A stretch of 64,000 nucleotides of DNA, taken from assembly GCA_951406725.2 (NCBI GenBank), contig OX597832.1:39060001-39124000 (forward strand), read 5' to 3'. The position numbers were made by a program, and so were the translations under genes. Shown piece after piece: positions 15,183 through 28,787 of this stretch (position 1 is the stretch's first letter; each line of letters starts with the position of its first letter). Source of the DNA: Octopus vulgaris. Its lineage: Eukaryota. The notes below the pieces were generated by a model, which worked only from the letters and a program-made list of their open reading frames with translations, was not told the origin of the DNA and searched no databases.

Positions 15183-15836
15183 GATTATTACTATTATCTT
15201 AGTACAATTTATTGTGAGATTATTATCAGGTCTGTAAGGGTGGCACAAATGGTAACGCGCCGAGTAGTAATTAGCTTCATTGATTAATAACCGAGTTCAA
15301 ATCTCTCCAGTCAGTTTCGCAATTGGACCTTTGCTTTGCTGGAAATATTTACTATATTCAGATCAACAGACAACGGCTGGTACAGCACATAATGTCTGTC
15401 TGTGTGTGTGTGTGTGTAGTTGCAAATTAGATTATGCAATAGAAATTCGTATAGTCTCACGGGGTCATCAGCTGACAGGAGCCCGCCAAAACCTAAGTGA
15501 AAGAGAAGCCAAGACAGCAAAAACAGAAATGTTCGTATAGGATGTAAAATGGAGAGAGAGAGAGGTGGGGAGGTAGAGAGAGTGACATACTACGAATGTG
15601 TGTGCGCGCGCGTGTGTATGCACCTGCACGTCGACCAGCGCCGGACCGCAATTTTCGACTTATAGTTTCTTTTTTGTTTGGTTTTTTTTTGCATTATTTC
15701 TTCGTGTTTCCCATGTTTTTTTTCTTTTCAGTTCGGCACAAAATTAATAATTTTGATCGTGAACTTACCCCGTCTTGTATCATCTTTTACATAATATTTA
15801 GGTCTCTTTCTTTTTTTTGTTAACTTACCGTTTTTA

Positions 15837-15882
<46 letters not shown>

Positions 15883-16037
15883 TGTTTAATTCAATAGAGT
15901 GATGGAGTGCGTGTATATGAATGTATGTATGTTTATATGCGCGTGTATATGTATGAATGTATGTATTTACAGTCTGACGCAGTTTCTCTTTTTCGTAATT
16001 CTCATTCACAAAGGTAAAAATAACCCTGCATACTTGC

Positions 16038-16185
16038 CTTGCGTACACGAACACGTGATGTTGGTTTCATTTTGTGGGTCTGGAATACAGGTTCCGTCAT
16101 TTTGACAGAGATTATTGTAGCATGGGTTGTATGTCTCGCAGTATTTCCCTTCAAAACCAGGACAGCACTGGCAGATGTAGGTTAA
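16038..16185 (-). CDS. eys: Next coding exon of the EYS-like gene (end of EGF1 plus most of EGF2)
   Basis: Acceptor CTTCATTTTCAG; 148 nt, phase 0 start matching the previous exon. Encodes LTYICQCCPGFEGKYCETYNPCYNNLCQNDGTCIPDPQNETNITCSCTQ-G, which completes the EGF begun in the 44.8 kb exon. Donor CAAG|GCAAGT (GC-type). Absent from the ORF track. Confidence 0.88.
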
Positions 16186-16909
16186 CTGAAAATGAAGTAG
16201 ATAAGTAGATATAAATATCCGAATGTGTGAATGTATGTGCGTATATTTGAAGCACTTGTGTGATTATAACTACAAACTTACTATCAAAGAATTGCACTGA
16301 CGTTAAAACACCGACATTTTATATTTATTTGCTGCGTAGATAGGTTACGAACGCTAATGCGTTTCCATCGATTTTACGATCATGTCAAACGAATTGTTTG
16401 AAAATATCATAAGACTGAAAGGCATTGTAGTTTATAAAGTGTACTTGAGTGTTACCCTACATACGGCAAACAACTTCGGAGCTATACTTTTGACGCTATA
16501 GGTAATAGCATGAAAAGTGCCATACATACAATAATTATCAAATTATCAAATGCTATCAAATGTCATGGTGCTTATACAAAATGATGAAACAGCATAATAA
16601 TTCTCAGAAGGAAAAAATTTATTGCCATAGCATGTAATTTAACAAATTTCTCGTTTATATATCACCTCACGTAACTACTCCATCATTTACTGCCTTTACT
16701 CGTATCATCTATTATTCTTTCTCACTCTCTCCGACTGTACGTAGCATTCTTTTACGCATTGGCTTCTACCAAATCTGGTTTGTGCAGACATCCTTTATCT
16801 CTTCTTCTAGCGCTCTTAATATCCCGGTTTTATAATCCCCACTTCCTTTATATGATGTAAAGAATTACAGAAGAATTAACCAATAGTTAATTAACCAATC
16901 ATAAAATAC

Positions 16910-16958
<49 letters not shown>

Positions 16959-17117
16959 TATGTGTGTGTATGTATGTATGTATGTATTATTTTTACTTCA
17001 TATATATATATATATATATACTTCATATATATATATGTGTGTGCGTGTGTGTGTGTATGTATGTATGTATGTATGTATGTATTATTTCTACTTCAAGGAC
17101 ATAACATATGTCTTTAG

Positions 17118-17172
17118 GTGCTATTAGTAGTTTCATATGCTGAGAAATCTCTCAGATATCATCATCAGACAC
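17118..17172 (-). ncRNA. Type I hammerhead ribozyme motif (PLE type, slightly mutated)
   Basis: GTGT CTGATGA TG ATAT-CTGAGA GATT TCTCAG-C-ATAT GAAAC TACTA ATA GCAC, giving stem I GTGT/GCAC, both core motifs and a paired stem II. Confidence 0.6.
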
Positions 17173-17339
17173 GAACCACACATCATAACTAAATTTTAAA
17201 AACTGAATAAGAGAATAAACGCGAAAGAATTGAGAAGGCAGCATATACATGGAATACTTTTTGTTGAACGTAACAGTACATTATATATATATATATACAT
17301 ACACACAACACACACCCTTATACACACATACACACATGC

Positions 17340-17563
<224 letters not shown>

Positions 17564-18095
17564 CCTTAATTGTTAATGTTGAACTTAAAAATGGTCTATG
17601 ACTATTTAATTTTTTCCCACTGGGCCGCTGGTGGCAAAAAAATTCTACAAAATTTTCCTTGCCACCCTATATTGATTAATTATATATATATATATATATA
17701 TGCGAATAAGCGAATGAGTGCTTAACAGTGAGTTTGTGAATTCTGTATTTCTGATGTAAGAAGGCTACCAATGATTTCATGTCCAGAGATCTTCACAATT
17801 CTTCAATCGTGCCATATGGATGGGATTACATGAGGTCGCATGAAGTTACACAATTCGTAAGCGGTAACCTTTAAGAATATCCCTTAATGGTAACCTATAA
17901 GAATATATCTCACTTGCATTAGCTCGGTGTTATTCCAAGTAATTCCGCTCACCATATATGAGTTAATTCCTTATTCGTGTACGGTCGCACACGCCCATAT
18001 TTATCAGTAGATACATGTATACACACACACACACTATATATACATATACATATACATATATATATATATATATGTATATGTATATGTATATATCA

Positions 18096-18149
<54 letters not shown>

Positions 18150-18220
18150 TGATATATACATATACATATACATATATACATATACATATATATACATACA
18201 TACATACATACATGCATACA

Positions 18221-18249
<29 letters not shown>

Positions 18250-18252
<3 letters not shown>

Positions 18253-18488
18253 CGAGGACGTAAACACACCAACAATGGTCATCAACTGGTGAAGGGAGAC
18301 AAACACAGACAGAAACACAAATACATACACACGACGGACTTGTTTTCGTGTACCAAATCAACTCACAAGGAATTGGTTGGCCCGAGGCTATGGTAGACGG
18401 CTCTTGCTCAAGGTGCCAACGGTCTGATTGAACCCGGAAACATGTAGTTGAACAGCAAACCTCTTACCACACAGCCAAGCCTGCACCT
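18250..18488 (-). mobile_element. SINE family A, partial
   Basis: Matches the head and middle of family A (CTTACCACACAGCC, CCCGAGGCTAT, ACCAAATC-ACTCACAAGG). Confidence 0.75.
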
Positions 18489-18489
18489 A

Positions 18490-18519
<30 letters not shown>

Positions 18520-18534
<15 letters not shown>

Positions 18535-18899
18535 GGCAGTTTGTCTGTGTGTGTTTCTGTGTGTCTGTTTGGTTGTACCCTCACCCTGACCACGGCTTTC
18601 AACCGATTCTGATGAAACTTGACACACACATAGCCCAATGTCATAATTCAAAACTAACGCAGCGAAAATTTTGAAAAGTTCCCCCAGTTCTGAAAAAGAT
18701 CGATAAATTCGACATGGGGTCGAGAATCAGAAACACAAACCACAGACTGTCTAGGGGACGCAACTCGACCTTTTTTAACTCAAAAAAAATTTACCATCAT
18801 TTTTTTTCCATTTTTTGCTATTTTTTGGCTATAACTCTCTAAAAATGCTTTATAGTTATTTCCCTTACAAACCTGAGCAACGCCGGGCGATACTGCTAG
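18520..18899 (+). mobile_element. Non-autonomous Helitron
   Basis: 5' TATATATAAA followed by (CTGT/GTGT) repeats and AACCGATTCTGATGAAACTT. 3' GC hairpin CCTGAGCAACGCCGGG followed by the terminal CTAG|T. This is the classic small Helitron layout. Confidence 0.8.
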
Positions 18900-19003
18900 T
18901 ATATATATATATATATATATATCATCATCATCATCAACTTCATTACTATTGTTGTTGTTGGTGGTGGTGTTCCTCTTGTTTCTGCCATTGTTGTTTTTGC
19001 TGT

Positions 19004-19035
<32 letters not shown>

Positions 19036-19342
19036 GTAAACTAATTATCAAGGTGTGTATCATCCAATCGTTGTTTCCCAAATAATTGAAAACACCTGAA
19101 TAATTGAAATGTAGAGTACAAATACCTTTTCTTATTTATTATAACGAGATTTGCTGCTCAAATGCAATTTATCTGGAAATGTTCGGAGCGGAGTTGCAGG
19201 TTTAAAGAAGTAAGTTATTATTTCAAATTATATATACAGAGATAAACATATATATGCACGGACACAGATAAACACATTATTATATATTCACCCCCCCCCC
19301 CAACACACACACACTCACAAACACATATATACATATATTTCC

Positions 19343-19386
<44 letters not shown>

Positions 19387-19594
19387 GTGTGTGTATGTGT
19401 GTGCGTGTGCGTGTATTTATATATATATAACGTTTTGTGTATGACTCTAAGCTACATCCGGGGCACTGTTTCGGTTGTTCCAGAGTTATGTGGAATATGG
19501 ATACACTTATTGGTCCCTATTGTTATCAGATTTATTCTGATGCGGAGAAATAGCATCTGTAAGAGTCCAGAGCTATGGGATAACTAGCATATGT

Positions 19595-19780
19595 GATGAC
19601 AATTCATCTGAGCACAGGTATCCAGAAATACCCGTGGTTGGTGTCAGGGTGGGCCGTAAAACCGCCTGGAGCTTAGGTGTTTCGGTCATAAGCGCACACA
19701 TCGCTCGGTCTGAGATTCGAATCCGCGATCCCTGGACTGCGAGTCCACTTGCTCTAACCACTAGGCCATGTGCCTCCACG
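19595..19780 (-). mobile_element. tRNA-derived SINE (family D)
   Basis: The minus strand reads GGAGGCACATGGCCTAGTGGTTAGAGC (A box) ... GGATTCGAATCTC (B box), followed by a non-tRNA body. Confidence 0.75.
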
Positions 19781-19794
19781 TAGTCTATAATACT

Positions 19795-20900
19795 TAATCA
19801 TTAATTAGTACATATTTTATCGAATACCTTCCACATAATCAGAAGAGTATATTTTTAAGCAACACACTGTTTAACACCCTTATTTTACTGCTCTTAACCT
19901 GTGTCCATTATTCCGCCCCTTAATATATTCAAACTATTCAGCCGAGATTTCCTCCACACCACACAACTAAAGTTACTAAAGTTACTAATATTACAGAGAA
20001 TTCACCTAGCCTAAGGAAGGAAAGTAAAGATGAACTCAGTGTCAGCCAAGCTGGGTTTCACCTTTAACAATCACTTTAATAAACAGCAAATTACCGTACA
20101 TGCACGCTTCGCTACTATTATTAGTCCTCCGCACCCCACTGGAACTTTATCAGCACCTCCTCCGGTTAATAACATTTTTGTCTTTAATTGTAGGATGTCT
20201 TGAGTCTACTCTTTTGATAGGAATTGTGTGATGAAAAACAAAATTGCTTATACAAACACCGAAGATACTAATAATACTTCTAAATAGTATATAGATTCTG
20301 CAACCAGCATTGTTAAAAACCGGATCCATATGCGTCATCACGTGTTTAGTAATGTGAAAATCCGACTTTCTACTTCGTTAGCTGAATATATCTTTAATTT
20401 AAAATCGAGACGTGTGAAATTTGAAATCTAGTGGTCTCTTAACGATTCCGCATCTCTTTATCATGTGGCTGGTCGCGGCGGCAGATTATGTTTACGAGAC
20501 GCTCTGGCCATTAACATGACTGATAGCCGACATTTACGTAATAAGCATAATGAATTGATTGTCAATTGCAGACATCGATTAAAATACTTACAAAAAAATT
20601 GTCTCCCCAACGTGATATTCATCTCTTGCATTATATTTTCATGAGTGGGTGGAATTTTGGTATCATTGCTATTGTGAACATACCACTTGTGTTTGAGTGT
20701 CCATATACACGTGCCCGATGGTAATGAATAAGTGATCCTTATGTATTGGCCCTGGTCTCTAATACGCCAAACATTTTACATTTACTTTATAAAAGTCCTC
20801 ATACTTCTTTCCTTAGATATTTTTTCAGTAAAACCTGAAATTTAGTATTCGTCTTCCCGTTATGTGTGTGTATAAATTTGTATATAATAGTTTATATGTT
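19795..20900 (+). pseudogene. Penelope-like retroelement relic: linker plus GIY-YIG endonuclease and pLTR
   Basis: The + frame over ~20180-20600 reads FNCRMS*VYSFDRNC...K*YIDSATSIVKNRIHMRHHVFSN..STSLAEYIFNLK..FEI*WS..RLCLRDALAI..RNKHNELIVNCRHRLKYL. This matches the PLE pattern CNCR..YIG..STxLSxYIW..CxLCLxE..LNKRxE..CRH. Stop codons are present. Confidence 0.8.
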
Positions 20901-20964
20901 TATGCATTTTTGTAAATATGAATGTTTTTATAGATATAACCATGCCTATATATATATATATATA

Positions 20965-21540
20965 AGAATATTCACCAAAAAAAGGCTAATGGTGTCTGGT
21001 GGTCCAGCATTGGTGCCATCCACTACAGCTTCCTGAGACCTGGTAAGTCAACTACAGCGGATGTATACATCAAACAATTGGATGAAATGGTAAGTGAACT
21101 TCAATAAACTGACCTTGCAAGAGAACTGACCTGTCAATAAAGACAGGTCAGTTCTCTTGCAAGACAATTCTTGACCACATGTTGCACAAAGAACTCTACT
21201 CATGTTACAAGAACTGAACTTGGAAGTACTCTGTCATCCACCATATTCGCCAGACTTTGCACCAACTGACTATCATCACTTTCTCCAGGCATTAAACAAC
21301 TTTTTCAAGGAAGCAAATTTAAATCTGAAGAAAATGCAAAAACAGCCTTTCATGATTTCATCACTTCTTACTCTCCAGAATTCTTCGCTGCCGGCATAAA
21401 TAAGCTACCGATGAAATGGCAAACTTGTGTTCATAATTTAGGTGCAAAGTCCTTGATTAACTGCTTTGCTTTTTGTTGAGACCAAGAAAAATAGACTTTC
21501 AGTTCAAAATCGCCCATTTCATTCTTAATGATCTGACAAA
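20965..21540 (+). mobile_element. mariner (DD34D) transposon 3' fragment
   Basis: Frameshifted IHQKK..WWSSIGAIHYSFLRPG..LLQDN..PHVA..EVLCHPPYSPDFAPTDYH (YSPDLAPxD signature). Probable 3' TIR near 21507-21540. Confidence 0.9.
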
Positions 21541-21588
21541 TCTGTTGTTTTCATTTATGCGTAATTTGGACGACAATTTATTCACTGC

Positions 21589-21665
<77 letters not shown>

Positions 21666-22799
21666 CACTATTTCTGTTTTTAATTCTACTTTTACTGTGC
21701 TTTATTTCGCTGGAAAATAATACTATTGTATTGTAATAGTTATAATTTTTATATATGCATATATATACGTGTGTGTGTGTGAGTGTGTGAGTGTGTGTGT
21801 GCATGAACGTATGCATGCATGTATGTATATATATATTTATGTATGTTTGTGTATATATCTGTGTGTGCGTGTGTGGGTGAATGTACGTATGCATGCATGC
21901 ATATATATATATATATTCATGTATGTTTGTGTATGTATGTGTGTGTATTATATTATATTGTGTGTATATAGATAGATAGGTACATACATACATACATACA
22001 TACATACATACATACATACATACATACATACATACATGTAGATGTTTATATTTACATACAATTCGATCTGTGAACATACATGTTATGTATTCTTGTGCAT
22101 TCATTTATTTGTTTTTATTCATCAACTTCTTCTTAGAAGAAGGGTACCGATTTCTAACAAAGAAGCAGCACCGCCATCACTGGAACTTGGAAAACAACAG
22201 CGACTATTCTTTGAATATTGATCTCCGGGAAAGTGTTGTTAATTTTACTGTTGCACTTAGAGAATTTATCTGCAAAGTGCGTGTTAGTTCATTTCATTCT
22301 TTGATTGAAAATCCTAGGTTTTAACCTTGTCGTTTAGAAATTTACTGACATATCTCAGTGCATGAACGACTATCGGTGTAAATGGGAAGTTATAATCAGA
22401 GTAGACGCGTAGCAGGTTTCAAAGCAATTATTCATAAATATTTTCTTTCTCGCCGATTTCGTAACATATCTTTACATCTGCAGTACAGCTAACCTCTGCA
22501 AGTGTACATCACTTTCCTTTCCTATTCGAAATGATTATATCAAGTTTTGTTATGTTTGCTTTTGGCAGAGGATCTAATGGGAATACTTCACCAATATTCC
22601 TTAAGCTGATATGTATGTATTGAGAAGAGGTGTTGTATATATTTATCCCAAGGTGGCCTTGCCTGCCGTTGGCATTTAGCAGTATAGAACAGTGAAACGT
22701 AGTGTTCTATGACATCTTGTAGCAGCTACTGATTACACGTGTCATGTCAACCATAGATAAGTAGCATAATCTACACTATTTCATCTTTGGTTCATCTGT

Positions 22800-23165
22800 T
22801 CATTAGGTAATTCGTAGCTATCTCCTGCTCTTAGATTGTAAAACCACAGCCTTCCAGATGTGACGTGGTGTAACGGCCACAAATTCCAAAACAGTGGAGA
22901 AGGCTAGCCACTGGATTTGGTTAAAAAGAGACGATGAGCGATGGCTAGAAGTATATTGACTTCTTCATAACCAGCTGATCTAGCAAGCGGGGCCTCATAT
23001 CAGTGAGGGGGGCCGGTGCGCATTGATGCCGCCGAGAGGTAGGCCCCGAAACGGCGCGCATTCTCTCCTGATGACCCCATACACTTGCTAGCTTCCGATA
23101 TACGGAGCTTTTAACTGGTAGCACTTGCATGTGCAAGTTGTTTGCAAGACATCATTTCATGTAAA
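22800..23165 (+). mobile_element. HERO-like (RLE-type) non-LTR retrotransposon 3' end with a structured 3' UTR
   Basis: 22876-22959 reads ATNSKTVEKASHWIWLKRDDERWLEVY*, like the ExASxWxWxKR C-terminus I associate with HERO elements. It is followed by a GC-rich multi-stem UTR. Confidence 0.6.
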
Positions 23166-23197
23166 TAATATCCTTTTTAAGGTGGTGAGCTGAGAGA

Positions 23198-23615
23198 ATC
23201 GTTAGCTTGCTGGACGAAATGCTTAGCGGCATTTTGTCCGTCTTCACATTCTAAGATCAAATTACACCGAGGTCGCCTTTGACATTCCTCCTTTCGTGGT
23301 TGATAAAATAAATACCAGCTGAGCACTGGGGTCAATGCAATTGACTTGCCCTCTCCCCGAAATTGCTGACCTTGTGCCAAAATTTGAAATCAATGTTATC
23401 ATCCTCCTTAAGCGGGCGAGCTGGCAGAATCGTTAGCTCGCTGGGAACAATACCTAGCGGAACCTCATCCGTTTTTATATGCTGGGCTTAAAGTCCGGCG
23501 TGGTCGATTTTGACTTTATATATTAATAAGTACCAATTGAACACTGGGATCGATGTATCGACTTACCACCTCAGCCCCATGACTTGATGGTCGTGTGCCA
23601 AAAGTTGGAACCAAT
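23198..23615 (+). mobile_element. Two adjacent SINE family B copies (23198-23395 and 23410-23615)
   Basis: Each starts G(T/G)GAGCTG.CAGAATCGTTAGC and ends GTGCCAAAA.TTG.AA.CAAT. Confidence 0.8.
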
Positions 23616-25689
23616 ATTGTCATCCTCATTAAGTTTACGGGAAATATCCCCATGAATGATCGTTTTCGTAATTTGTACAGCTTATCTTCTCGCCCCTTGC
23701 TCAGATATGATAATCCTGCACTTCTAGAGTCCTATGGGAGTTCATCAAGCAATAAATGTTATTCACTTCATTTTTGAGTACTTGACTGATGTAATTATTT
23801 TGTGCTACCGTTTACCAGATGCTGTCTAATATCATACGACACCCGATGGTTGTCTTTATTAATCTTCAACATCTTCCTCCCTATTTTTTTTTATATCTGT
23901 CAATATCACGTACTGTGAAAATTTATAGGTAAAGTCAGTATTTTGCGCATTTTAATGTCGATGGAGTAGATTTCTTCTAAAGACCAGTTGAGTATCCCAA
24001 ATGTCTGTAAGTCACGCGGGCTGGCTGGTTTTAAGTCACACATAACATAACATGATTACTCTACATTTTTTTTATAATATGTATATATTTGTAGCACTCG
24101 TTTTGTGGAACAGAATAAATCCAGAGAACCTTGATGCAGCATCCACTTCCAGGAAGGGTGGATAAAACGCTGATGGTAGTTAATACAAGAACCAAATCAA
24201 GATTTTCTCCATGCCATGAATGGAAAATACGCAGATTATCTGGAGAATAGAGGACGACTGTGGATACGTGGATCTCTATTAATAGGCTTCGTCAGTATTG
24301 AAATTGTCCGCTCTTATCTTTAGCAAGGTAGGCATTTAGACACACACAGAGTAAAACACATTCATCACAAAGGAAAAGTTCACTACTAGTTTCGAACACG
24401 AACCCTCTGCTTTATCTGTATTTATATAATGCCCTTCATTGACTGAGAACGTAAAAACCTTGTATTGTTAGTGTTTTATTTTTTAATCGGAGGAGAAGGC
24501 GCATAATTCAAAATATTTTCAGATCTTCATGTTTGCCTAAAAAAAGAGGGAGAAAGAATTTAAACCACAAGGTTTGGCTCGATCCAAGACTATGGAAGAA
24601 GAAAATTGTCATACGAGGAATTCCGATTCGAAATCATGTGTATCTTGGAGTACGTGGACGAATGTGTGTTTATGCTTTGAATATAGTATGACGGTGTTTG
24701 GAGGCTATTTCGGTCAGCCGCGAACAGGTTGTCTTATTGTCTCGAGTCCTATACATTATTGATAAGGCCACCAGTACAATAACGGTTTCCTACACTGACA
24801 CATGACTAAAACATTAGGAAGAGCAGATACAGTGGATCGAACCTGCCATTAGTACACCTCATAGCAGCCACGAAAACTGAAACGCTATATCGATAAGATA
24901 AAAGTTAGCAGTCGCAGATTCGACCTCGGAACCTAGGACTAATAAAGCGAAGCAATTCAAAGCATAGACTACAGGGCTCTAACCTTTTCTATAATTGCAC
25001 AACCCATTTAATTTAATAATAATTTTAAATTTTTCAAGTTCCCCAAATCCATTTTATAGTTATTAAAAATGAATTTTCTTTTTGTTGCTGATATAAGAAT
25101 TTTATTAATCATAGCGCCATTTTCAGGATGTCAGCTGCTCTTAATCGTTTCCAACCTCAGAAGCAGTTACATATGGAGGCCCCTCAAGATACATTACCAA
25201 ATTTGCATTGCATTATAGCAGAGAGAAGAGTTACGTGTAATTTAATTATGTAATATATTTTCTAGTAATGCCCTGCAAAATTCAATTTAAATATTCAAAG
25301 CCACATTACTGATATCATTACATTTACATATTTCAAAATAGTAAAATAATTATTTAATTAATGAAACCACCTGTTGAAAAAAGAAATATATGTAAAAATT
25401 ATGCAAATATATACAGTCATTCATATAAAAACGATGGTTTATTCGCTGGCTGGTTGGTCGGTTGGTTGTTATATTTGTTTAGCTTTAAATCTACTCCAAT
25501 CGATCACACCTATGATCGAAGTCATTCTGACCGCTATCAGTCTGATCGACTGTGTTTCTAAACCTACATTATCGCATATTTCCTACCTGTTCTAAAATAG
25601 TAACGGTGTGATATGAGGCAGTTTTGTTTGACTGTTATTTCTAACAGGTCAACTTATACCTATTAATGGTTGATTCCTTCAAAATATAT

Positions 25690-27190
25690 TCTGTGTGACG
25701 CTTTGTGTCCAGACAAGAAGCAACTGTTTGTTAATGTGAGTATTAGCAGAAATACGGTTACTGATCGGGTGTGTGGGATGGCCACTGATTTGAAAAGACA
25801 GTTGATTGAAACAGGAAAAGATTTTGTTGCATACTCTCTTGCTGTGTATGAGACTACTGACACGACTGATACGACACAGCTTGTTATCTTTATCCGTGGA
25901 GTAGACACCAATTTGTTAGTCAGGGAGAGGAAATTTAGGACATTAAATAAATGGGGCAACAACAGGGAAGGACTGTTTTAAAAAAAATATGTCAGAGTGT
26001 AACCGACATGAAACTGCCTTAGGACAAACTTGTTGGACTTACAACAGATAGATCACCGGTGATGTGCGGTGAAAAAAGTGGACTAGTGAATAGGATATGT
26101 TTAAAGATGCAAGAAGAGAACTGCGAGGGTGAGATGACAACATATCACTGCATTATACACCAGGAAATTCTGTGCGCTAAAGCCTTACAAATGGAACTTA
26201 TAATGAGCTCTGAAATTTTATCCGAGCCAAAGAGTTAAATCACCGCCAATTCCAGTCTTTCCTGCAAGAAATGCATTCGGAGTTCGGTGACGTGCCTTAA
26301 CATAGGGAGATGCGGCGGCTCAGTCGGAGAAAGGTTCTCAATATAGTTTTCGATCTGATTGAGGAGATATGTCAGTTCCTGGACAGTAAAGGAAAAGAAT
26401 CCAAAATTCTGTGGGATGAAACGTGGAAATTCGAGTTGGCGTTTCCGGTTGACATAACTGCGCATCTCAGTGTTTTAAACATCCAGCTTCCGGGATGGGA
26501 TCGCATGATCTGTGATATGTATGACGCAGTGAATGCATTTCAAGTGAAACTGCGCTTACGGGAGACACAAATGCACCAATTGAACTTTTCTGACTTCCCC
26601 TTTTACCAAGTAATGTTAAGCCAAGTCAGCGCCACGCTGTTCTCAAAGCAACACTTTGCTGATACGTTGAGTTTGCTCCGCACTGAATTCGCATGGCACT
26701 TTAGTGACATTTGAAGCACAGAAAAATAATTTCGAGCTGCTTCGCAACCCATTTTCCGTCCATGTGGAAACTGCACCTGTACAGATTCAAATGGAGCTGA
26801 CAGAACTGCAATGTAATGGGACATTAAAAACAAAGTATGACTCTGTGGGGCCTGCACAGTTCACTCGCTTCATACCTGTAGCAATGCCTCAGGTCCGTTT
26901 ACACGCAGCTCTAACGCTGTCTTCGTTTGGAAGCACAAATCTGTGCGAGAAGCTGTTCTCTGTGATGAAAATGAACGAAACGGCAGAGAGGTGTCGCCTG
27001 AACACCTGCAATCCATTCTGAGAGTCTCAACAACACAGAACGTAGCCCCAAACATCAATGGACTCGTTGCCAAGAAAAGATGCCAAATATATAGCTCGGA
27101 CAAACTTGCATAAGGAAAATTGAAAGTTTTGATTTATTATTTTAATTTTCACTAAAAAGTAGCCCTTCTCACCAAAAGATTTGAAGTTTG
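25690..27190 (+). pseudogene. hAT transposase relic (SPIN/Charlie/GTF2IRD2-like)
   Basis: Frameshifted ORFs: VSISRNTVTDRV..YSLAVYETTDTTDTTQLVIFIRGVD; YHCIIHQE; R.LSRRKVL; LAFPVDITAHLSVLNIQL; FGSTNLCEKLFSVMK (hAT dimerisation motif). Confidence 0.9.
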
Positions 27191-28787
27191 TGTGCTATGT
27201 AACAAACCTCTTCGAGATTTTAATACAGTAACTGCTATTTGCATCGATCAGTGATTCCCACTTTGTAGTACCTATGTACAGCAAGTTATACTGAATCACT
27301 TTAGTTTAAAGACACTTGGCCAAAATTGCAATATAATAACTGTGATGTAATATAAATCTAATTTCCTTCAGATGGGAGTCCATTATTGTATCTAGTTAGC
27401 CATCTGACCTATCTATGTGTACTGAACTTGTTTACAGATCCTGGGTCAATCCACCTTGTTGTAAGGAGGTGCCATATCAATTAAAATTATGCTGATGTTA
27501 TAGTCAAGAATATAAAATAATTAATCGAAACTTTATTGAGCTGCCCACTTCAACACCATTATGTACTCAGACGAACTGATCAAATTGTTCTCTCGTAAAA
27601 CCATTTTAAAGCATTTGTATCAACAGAGACTCTAAAGAAATTTAATAGGAATCTCCAAACTGGCCTTATCTCACGACAGAATTTCTTATTAATAGTAGTA
27701 AGAAAGTATAAGCCAGACATGTCAATGATTTGCATGGAAAGCAAAACTGAAGGCTTAATTTCACTTGTTGTTCTTACTGTTATTGTTGTTGTTTAGACAC
27801 AGGTAAACCCAGTCAATCGGATCCATGAACAAATATGCTCCAGTATTGACCACATCGTCCTTGTTATGTCCAGGAGTGCATTATCCAATGCGTCCTTTCC
27901 CCCTTTTTGAGACATTAGACAGTTGTTTTCTAGCAAATCGAGCGAACGCATAAAAGTTTCACTCGCTGGCTCTTATCGCCACCATTACAAAACTACGGCG
28001 ATATATGTGATGTGCCGCCATTTGCAGCTATTTCGACTGTGAATAGGCAGGCAATATGAAACAGGAAGCCGGGTAATCAATAAGAGAGATTGGAAAATAT
28101 TAGGAAATCGGTGAAGAACTAACGAAGCAAAATGGATGAAAAAGATTAATGGTCCAGCAAAGTTAAAAAGGAAAGCGAGTGTAGCAATGAAGCGATATAA
28201 GAAACCATAGTAAAAGTCTCTGTAGTTAAGTATTTAACAATCAATATCAGAAATATATCACTTGAAAGAACATGACGGCTTTATTTTCAGTAGGAATTCT
28301 CTGGAACAAATAAGAATATCGATATGCAAGGTAGATAATAGAGTGGGAGGTAAGAGGTGGAGATAAAGATATATGTTGAATGGAAATGATTTCGGAAACA
28401 GAGTAAAGTGAAATTATTCAACGAACTAAAGATATAACCAGCGTTCGTTTTTCTGTCTCAATATAATCGCATTGTTCAAATATATAGTGAAGGAGATGAT
28501 ATAATAATCCATTAAATGTTTCAGTAGCTGCTATGGTAGACTGGAATAACAAGAAATAAAGCAAAGGAAATGGAATAAAACAATAGAGTAATCGACCAAA
28601 AGAACAGTATAGAAATTGGAGGAAAATTGCGGCCGTTAAGTAAAGATCAATGGTGGAATTTATTTAACAAACTGTAATAACTGAGTTAGAATTATTGGTA
28701 GCACGATAACACTGGATTGCAGGTAGTCGTTCTAGTTGCTGTTTATTGCTGTTGTGTAGATTCAACTTAACCATGACCCAATAGATT

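Noticed and set aside
18600-18625. CTGATGA-AAC as a hammerhead core
   Set aside because: There is no room for stem II; it is part of the Helitron internal motif.
19700-19780. tRNA genes here and at 47695-47768 and 61751-61825
   Set aside because: A and B boxes are present, but acceptor stems do not close and the heads run into SINE bodies.
23040-23080. Canonical hammerhead from GAAAC plus CTGATGA
   Set aside because: The strands flanking the two cores are both CCCC and cannot form stem II; kept only as an unknown structure.
28080-28700. Purine-rich stretch resembling LINE coding sequence
   Set aside because: No motif long enough to assign with confidence.
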